This document shows, piece by piece, positions 60,901 through 64,000 of a stretch of DNA of 64,000 bases. The position numbers and the translations under genes are program-made. Location: assembly GCA_964270895.1 (NCBI GenBank), contig OZ185435.1; one strand, written 5' to 3'. How positions within the stretch are numbered: position 1 is the stretch's first letter; each line of letters starts with the position of its first letter. The DNA comes from Podarcis filfolensis. Its lineage: Eukaryota. The notes below the pieces were generated by a model, which had not been told where the DNA came from, searched no databases, and worked only from the letters and a program-made list of their open reading frames with translations.

Positions 60901-61598
60901 TTTACCATGCTTGAGAAAGGCTGTCACTTTCTTTCTGTTTTGATTCTGTGGCTGAAAAACGACACAGCGCCATACTGCAAAGGGCAGAAACACAGCTGTA
61001 ATACTAACCGAGAGTGAGATTGTTGCATGGAGTATTTTTTCATAATATCCACAAGGAACCAGTGGCATAACAGCAGCTGACTGAGAAGAGATCTCAGTTG
61101 GCATATGCTTCTAGCCAGGTAACTGTGCGGTAAAGAGAAGGCATTTATCTACAGTTTTTAAAAGAGTTTGTAAAAAAAAACCCTGCTAGAAGACCAAAGG
61201 GCGAGGAGGAACAGGATTGGCCCAGGGAGTGGATTTTGCACTTGGCTTGGATATAAGATTCATATCTCTGCTTGTTCGGCTACTGGGCGCTGCCTTTCTC
61301 TCTCAGCCCCCTACCCTCAGAAATAGCGGGGGGTTGTGACGAGACCCAGGAAGATGACGAACCATATCGTACATGTCGAACATTACATAAGAACAAGACG
61401 AACGAAGAAACAAAAAAAAATCCTTCTTGAAGAGATGGCCTGGGCTACAGAAAACAGAGGAGGAAAGGGGGGGATACGCCAGGCATTTGCTCATCTGCCT
61501 TCCGCTGAGAGAGAAAGGAGGACACACAAGGCCGAACCGCTCCCTTACCAATCCGCAGCCAACTCCTCCTGCTCCTCGCTGTCGCCGGTCGCCGCCAT
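54941..61598 (-). CDS. RNF25: E3 ubiquitin ligase RNF25 (RWD and RING-H2 domains), 10 exons, 514 aa
   Basis: Exons (minus) 61598-61549, 60168-60094, 59669-59567, 59473-59406, 58641-58572, 58470-58399, 57984-57844, 56924-56835, 56157-56023, 55681-54941 sum to 1545 nt. Motifs: LPSEVEVLESIYLDEL, CVICLYGF, TPCYHYFH, CPVCREPL, GGIIDPEAERNRYFISLQ, and C-terminal EDGS. Confidence 0.95.
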
Positions 61599-62020
61599 CT
61601 TGACTGGCCCGGAAACTTAACCGCTTTGGAATGCTTGCCGGGTTCTCTTCCGGCGCTGAGGGTTGCTAGGCAACAGCCGGGAGACGCCGTTGCGCGGGGC
61701 CTGCGCTGATAACCAGCCTCCGTCCGCCCCGCCCCGCCCTACTCTCGAGCCGCCGGGTTCCAACGGCCCCACCGGGGCTCAGCGCGGCAAAGGCTTTGTC
61801 AGACGGGGCGGGTGGGACGTGGGTGCTTCTGTCCTTCCTCTGGATTGACCTGGAAGGAGGAGGCTGAGGCGAAGGAGCCGGTGTCGGGCTGCAGCGCACA
61901 GCCCGACCTTGTGTGCATTTCTCTGCCCCATTTCACTTTTGCGGAGCTTACTCCTAAGTAAGTGGGCGTAGGATCGTCGCCTTAGGAGGCTCCTCAAGAC
62001 GCCGTGGCCGGGTGAGGACT
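61400..62020. promoter_or_regulatory. CpG-island bidirectional promoter RNF25/STK36 with X-box, GC boxes, ETS and YY1 motifs
   Basis: GTTGCTAGGCAAC at 61662-61674, CCGCCCCGCCCCGCCC at about 61724-61739, CCGGAA cores, and CAAGATGGCGGC overlapping the RNF25 ATG. Confidence 0.75.
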
Positions 62021-62599
62021 TTATACAGTATAGCAAAAGGGATTCGGAGAGTTGTGCAGGCAAGAAGATGGCTAAAAAGACTGTGTGTGTTGATGGACTC
62101 CTGATGGGCACTTTGGACCAGGGGTGCCTTAACTTTTTTCTTGGGAAGCATTAAAAACATGCCTTGCATTGGCTTCTTTTTCGGTGAAGGTGCTTGCTCA
62201 AATTAATTTTGTTATGAGACTGTCCCTGAAATATTTGGATGGTCATGGATGGCTCTGTTATATCCTAATGTCCTGGAACTTGCATGCTTTATTAGTGGCT
62301 AAGCGGCTGGTTTTACAGCGTTGCAAGGACTTGATATCTCCTCCAATAGCTCCTTAGTTGGAGGGCTTTCCTCTCATGCATCGCATGGAAAAACTGCTTT
62401 TGCCTGGAGATTCAAAAAGCAGAACTATTCTGAGATCTGGGACCCCTCTTTAGAGCTGTTTGCCTGATATGCATGTCATATTGGCTTTGCCAGAGTCTAT
62501 TCCCCTTTCTCCAAACTTTTCTGTCTGCTTCGCTCCCTTTTTTCTTTTTGATTCTTGGTTTTGACCACACGTGCATGATTTGTGTGCTTATTTTGCATT

Positions 62600-62668
62600 T
62601 TTCTGTTGTGAACAGCCTTGGGATCTTCAGATGAAGGGAGGTATACAAATATAATAAATAATAATAAT
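62600..62668 (+). mobile_element. LINE/SINE 3' tail stub
   Basis: gttgtgaacagccttgggatcttcagatgaagggaggtatacaaat followed by (AAT)n. Confidence 0.45.
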
Positions 62669-62682
62669 TTTGCAAAATGCTA

Positions 62683-62923
62683 CAGTGGTACCTCAGGTTA
62701 AGTACTTAATTTGTTCCGGAGTCCGTACTTAACCTGAAACTGTTCTTAACCTGAAGCACCACTTTAGCTAATGGGGCCTTCCGCTGCTGCCGCGCTGCCG
62801 GAGCACGATTTCTGTTCTCATCCAGAGGCAAAGTTCTTAACCTGAGGTAATATTTCTGGGTTAGCAGAGTCTGTAACCTGAAGCGATTGTAACTTGAAGC
62901 TTATGTAACCCGAGGTACCACTG
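62683..62923. mobile_element. Tigger/pogo-like MITE with TA target duplication
   Basis: TA|CAGTGGTACCTCAGGTTA ... TAACCCGAGGTACCACTG|TA, with internal taacctgaa repeats. Confidence 0.85.
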
Positions 62924-63042
62924 TATTGTGAATTGACATGCTTTGCCATTGTGCTTACATTTCTCATTTACTGTTCGTGTTTAGCTTAATCTCTTGTCTC
63001 TGCCCTTTCAGATTAATACCCACCCTTCCCCACATTCCCATC

Positions 63043-63315
63043 ATGGAGAAGTATCATGTCTTGGAGATGATTGGCGAAGGCTCTTTTGGAAGAGTGTACA
63101 AAGGGCGTCGCAAATACAGTGCACAGGTAAGAGCACAAGGGAACAGGGGGATGGACCTCATCAACAGGCAAGAGAGTTAATTTAGGGAGAGTTGTTTCCA
63201 AAGATTGCTATATTAGAAGTCTGCTCCTGAGCCTGCAGTGGTCATTGTTTCACAACGAGTTTTTCAGGGACAGACAGAGGGGAAAGTAGTGTATGACACA
63301 TTTCCAGCCTTTTAA

Positions 63316-63357
<42 letters not shown>

Positions 63358-63508
63358 TTTTTGGCAGGTGGTGGCCTTGAAGTTTATCCCTAAAGTGGGT
63401 CGCTCGCAGAAAGAGCTGAAGAATTTGCAGCGAGAGATTGAGATCATGAGGGGACTTCATCATCCCAACATTGTCCAGATGCTTGACAGTTTTGAAACTG
63501 ATAAAGAG
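63043..63508 (+). CDS. STK36: Serine/threonine kinase 36 (Fused homolog), first two coding exons; gene continues past window end
   Basis: Exons 63043-63126 ([28 protein letters not shown]) and 63368-63508 ([47 protein letters not shown]). Head-to-head with RNF25 as in mammals. Confidence 0.95.
63316..63357. repeat. (AAT)14 microsatellite adjacent to a STK36 splice acceptor
   Basis: Direct reading. Confidence 0.95.
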
Positions 63509-64000
63509 GTAAGGGACTTGCTGGGAGTCCTTTTTAAATGTGGGAGGTGAAGAAGAAAATGGTGTCTTCCTGGCTCTGTGGAAAGTCCCCCAAGAAGCAG
63601 AAAGGCCTGAAAATGGCTACATTTTGTTTGATGAAGTTTAGGTTATAAGGTGTTCTCCAGATGTCTCAATGAGTACCTAGGAGGAGTGAACTAAAATTTA
63701 TCCATTTTGGTAACAGCTATCTAAATTATACATCTTGTCTGTGGAAGTTTGGATTGCCACATCAAGCCTATTGGTTCATGAGGCTGCATCAGGCAATTAA
63801 CCTGCCAAGACCTATCAGCAGAATGACAATATCCAAAGAATGTCCCAACACACTTAGAGTTTGGAGCTCTCCATAGGGACCTTCATCAAATAAGAATGTG
63901 TTGGTAGCTGCTGCACACTCTTCTTTTGATGGTGGTTTCCTGTTGGCTTCAAACAGCACAGAGAGCTTAGTCATATTGTCATTCCCTACCCACAAGTGTC

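Noticed and set aside
63242-63463. Poly-Tyr and poly-Ile ORFs
   Set aside because: Translations of the (AAT)n microsatellite. The HT/CV-repeat ORFs at 4668-4920 and 45771-46094 similarly come from (CA)n.

Overview
Vertebrate genomic DNA, probably from a squamate and possibly a lacertid lizard. That assignment is inferred from the Bov-B tail, Sauria-SINE-like stubs, L2/CR1 tails and MITE types. There is one N gap at 819-960. The window holds the syntenic block known from human 2q35. PLCD4 (+) has 15 coding exons, 761 aa and one U12 AT-AC intron. ZNF142 (-) has 8 coding exons, about 2004 aa and two GC-AG introns. BCS1L (+) has 7 coding exons and 419 aa, RNF25 (-) has 10 exons and 514 aa, and only the first two coding exons of STK36 (+) are in the window. 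ZNF142/BCS1L and RNF25/STK36 are head-to-head pairs on CpG-rich promoters. The main unexpected element is an intron-containing, secreted olfactomedin (OLFM4-like) gene on the minus strand between BCS1L and RNF25, where mammals have no gene. Its recognisable exons are in frame apart from one TGA at a conserved Arg, it has damaged splice donors, and no coiled-coil exons were found, so it is a young pseudogene, a null allele or an unusual short form. Exon boundaries were read by eye from splice signals and protein homology recalled from memory; no database search was run.
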